Positions 61,477-64,000 of a DNA stretch of 64,000 nucleotides are shown here, in pieces (the first letter of the stretch is position 1; every line of letters begins with the position of its first letter). This DNA is from Marsupella aquatica. Its lineage: Eukaryota > Plantae > Marchantiophyta. The notes beneath the pieces are model-generated. The model saw only the letters and a program-made list of their open reading frames with translations. It did not search any database and was not told the origin of the DNA. The DNA lies in NCBI GenBank assembly GCA_973895155.1, contig OZ316899.1, positions 4,901,241 through 4,965,240 of the forward strand. The letters are read 5' to 3'. Both the position numbers and the translations under genes were made by a program.

Positions 61477-64000
61477 ATGGAGCCATTGTCTTCACCCGAG
61501 AGCTTGTCATCAATAGTATCATTCAAGTCAGTTGAGTCAAGCCAAAGGGAGACAAGGTCTACTACAAACAAGAAGGCGCTCCAGGTGGGATTGAAAACAA
61601 CGAGGAGACCAAAGATGGTGAACCAAGTGGATGTTGTGAATCCTACATTTCAACCTGGAGCTTCAGAACCCTATTCTGTTGTCATCAATTGCCATCTTTT
61701 CCCATTTGGAAATGACAAATTTGGATTCCCCCTCGCTCCTCCGAGGATTCCTCTTTGCATAATGCAAAATATGCAAATCATTTGGTCCTTGCAAACAAAC
61801 TCGACTGCGATCGAGACACTTAAGAATGAATTCCGGATGCAAGGATACATCGAGGATGCACCTCAATTTTACGTACAAATGACCGACGAAGAGGGCCATG
61901 TCCAGATGTGCGACGATGTCATTCGAGAGTCGTGGGATAACATGTGGATTCTTCAAAATGAAGAATTCAAGAGGGAATGTGATTCTCACGAAGCTTTTAA
62001 AATTTTGAAAGACAAAATGTTATGTGTTTTCGATGGAAATCATCGTCTCTACTCATGGATGCAGCTTGCGGACGAGAATCCACATGATGTCAAATATCAT
62101 CCTCGAGTTGCTTGCCAAATTTTCAAGGGTGACAAGAACTCATTCGTGCAGATTGAGTCGGGGATGCATGCATTGAATAGGTTTGTTTCTATTCCTTCAA
62201 GAAGTGAATTGTATATAAAATTCTTTCAGTTCCTCTTGTTAGCGATCTTGCTGACCTGTTTTTTTGGTTCAGGTTGACTCAATGTCACGTTGAGAATTCT
62301 TGGGTCCTTGAAGCACAACGAGTCTAGAAGGTGCTCAGCAATGACCTTTTTGTATACAAAGATATCATTGATGCAGACAACTACAAACTTTTCTAGCAGA
62401 AGATGGCAAATATCAGGAAACCGGCTTGGTATTCAAAGAACATGACACTCGATGCCTGCACGTATATTATCTTGCACGTATATGCAGCAGATATATTTGC
62501 AGCTAATATTTGCAGATATATTGCAGCGCAGACGGAAGATTTAAAGAAGAAGTTCCAGTTGAAAGAAGCGCAAGGGGAACCGCTTTCAAAAGCTGCGCAA
62601 GACATGGCTATGAAAGACATGATGAAGGAGCAACTAGCAGATTGGAATGTGAAGGTGCCAAAGATTGGACCTCTTCTGAATCCTGAGTTTGGTGACTTTT
62701 TCCAGAAGTGTGTTGAGATGCACAACTACTGCGAACATGAGAGGAAAGAGGCCCAACGAATAGACGATAAAGGAAGGGGTAATGTGTCATGTGGTCTCGA
62801 TCATGCGAGACTATTTACGGGTGTCTCTTCGTTGACTCCGCAACTCAGATGTGTACTACTTGAGGCACAATGCAGACCTGAGCTTTGCAAGAAGTACTTC
62901 CACCCTGGTCAATTCTTGGATAGCGAAACAAACCTTTGGCTTCACCGATGGGCTGTATGGGAGCAGGTCAAGTCAATTTGTTCTTCACTCATGTCTGAGA
63001 TTATTTCAGAGTTGATCCCAACTATTCCAGATGCGAGGATCCTTACTTCGTCTGAGAAGACAAAGCCATCGCTGATCCTTGACATAGAGGAGGACTTTGA
63101 AGATTTCCAAACGAGAGTGAAATCTTGTTTTTTCAAACAGATTTGACCACCAAAGTCGGATGAGAAGATTGACATCTCACTTTTTTGGAGGAGGGCGAAG
63201 AGATATACGTATTGTTTTTTTGTGGATAGAGAAGTTGTTGACAAAACATATTGGTGGTCCTATCCTGCTTGCTTCTTGCCTTGGATAGCAGGGGTGAAAG
63301 AGGATCCAACCTCCGTTAAATACGAAGAGTACTCGATGTACCCATGTGAGGGAGTGGAGGCTCCAAGGAAGATGAGTGAGTGGGAAGTCCTTCATTGTCC
63401 ATGGTATTTAGAATCAGATAAATGGGCAGTGACATTTGACACAGCAGAGAAGGCAGCCTTTCATATGATAAATCGAGGCTTGATACCAGAGTCGTACATT
63501 ACAGAGTCCAAATTAGCTCCTGCAGAAGCAGAGGTTGGCGGATGTGAGGCAATGGAGAAAGTTGTTCTTGGTGTAGTTGCCATTGTTGACCGGAGTAGAT
63601 GGAGAAGACCTGGGAAGGTGCCGATGAAGGACACGTCCAAAGATGGATCAGTCTTGTCTGGGAAGAAAAGTAAGTCTTTTTCTCCTCTTTTTTTCATACT
63701 GCAGTCGAAGCAATTTTGTCTAAGTGACCTGTCTGACATGAACTTGTTTTCCAGAGAAGAGAAAGGCTGTAGTCTCTGGGAGTTTGAAGAGTGGGGCGGA
63801 TGATGGAGAAGAACCCAAGTCTCCTGATGTTGAGGTCACAACAAAATCTGCTGTGACCTTGGTTCAATCAAGCGTTTAAAGAGGAAGCGTAATGTCCAAA
63901 TTCTCTCCGACTCAGATGAGGAGGAAGCATGTGTCGCTCAAGGAGTAGCACGAATGTGTGGTCTTAAGGACGGTGAGAGACGTTTCTTGGCAAAAAGCAA
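61477..64000 (+). pseudogene. Large multi-exon gene with a ParB/Srx-like domain (VFDGNHRL); runs off the window
   Basis: IETLKNEFRMQGY..PQFYV...LCVFDGNHRLYSW..HPRV..MHALN; intron ~62181-62272; further exons 62403-63146 and 63222-63670, with premature stops. Confidence 0.7.

Larger units (their letters stand above)
55190..64000. mobile_element. Mutator-like (MULE) DNA transposon, left part; continues beyond the window
   Basis: Begins where homology to LTR C stops. Contains a MULE transposase and a divergent second gene, with a family-specific palindrome throughout. Left boundary approximate; TSD not testable. Confidence 0.7.

Overview
This is eukaryotic DNA, most likely from a non-seed land plant (inferred from the transposon families), and consists almost entirely of nested, decayed transposable elements with no recognisable host gene. 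Removing younger insertions at their target-site duplications (TSDs) reveals an old, large DNA transposon spanning about 1564 to at least 39539. It carries a Sola/DUF7869-like DDE transposase remnant and, on the opposite strand, a spliced gene joining a ParB/Srx-like domain (YWVIGGNH) to a bacterial-type beta-class N6-adenine/N4-cytosine DNA methyltransferase. A Ulp1 SUMO protease follows that gene, and an F-box ORF and three arrays of a ~43-bp palindrome at a constant ~89-bp period lie in the same element. Nested inside are a 28.5-kb CACTA element (TSD GTA) carrying a SET-domain gene, an 18-kb non-chromoviral Gypsy element (TSD CCTAG) whose 4-kb LTRs each contain an ~880-codon ORF, and two small non-autonomous elements. 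The window also holds two Bianca-type Copia elements, a full-length L1 and an L1 3' fragment, and reverse-strand relatives of the ORF-bearing LTR. At the right end is a Mutator-like element that also encodes a ParB/Srx-like protein (DGNHR) and has its own 16-bp palindrome in non-coding DNA. All family assignments come from motif recognition by eye; no database search was run.
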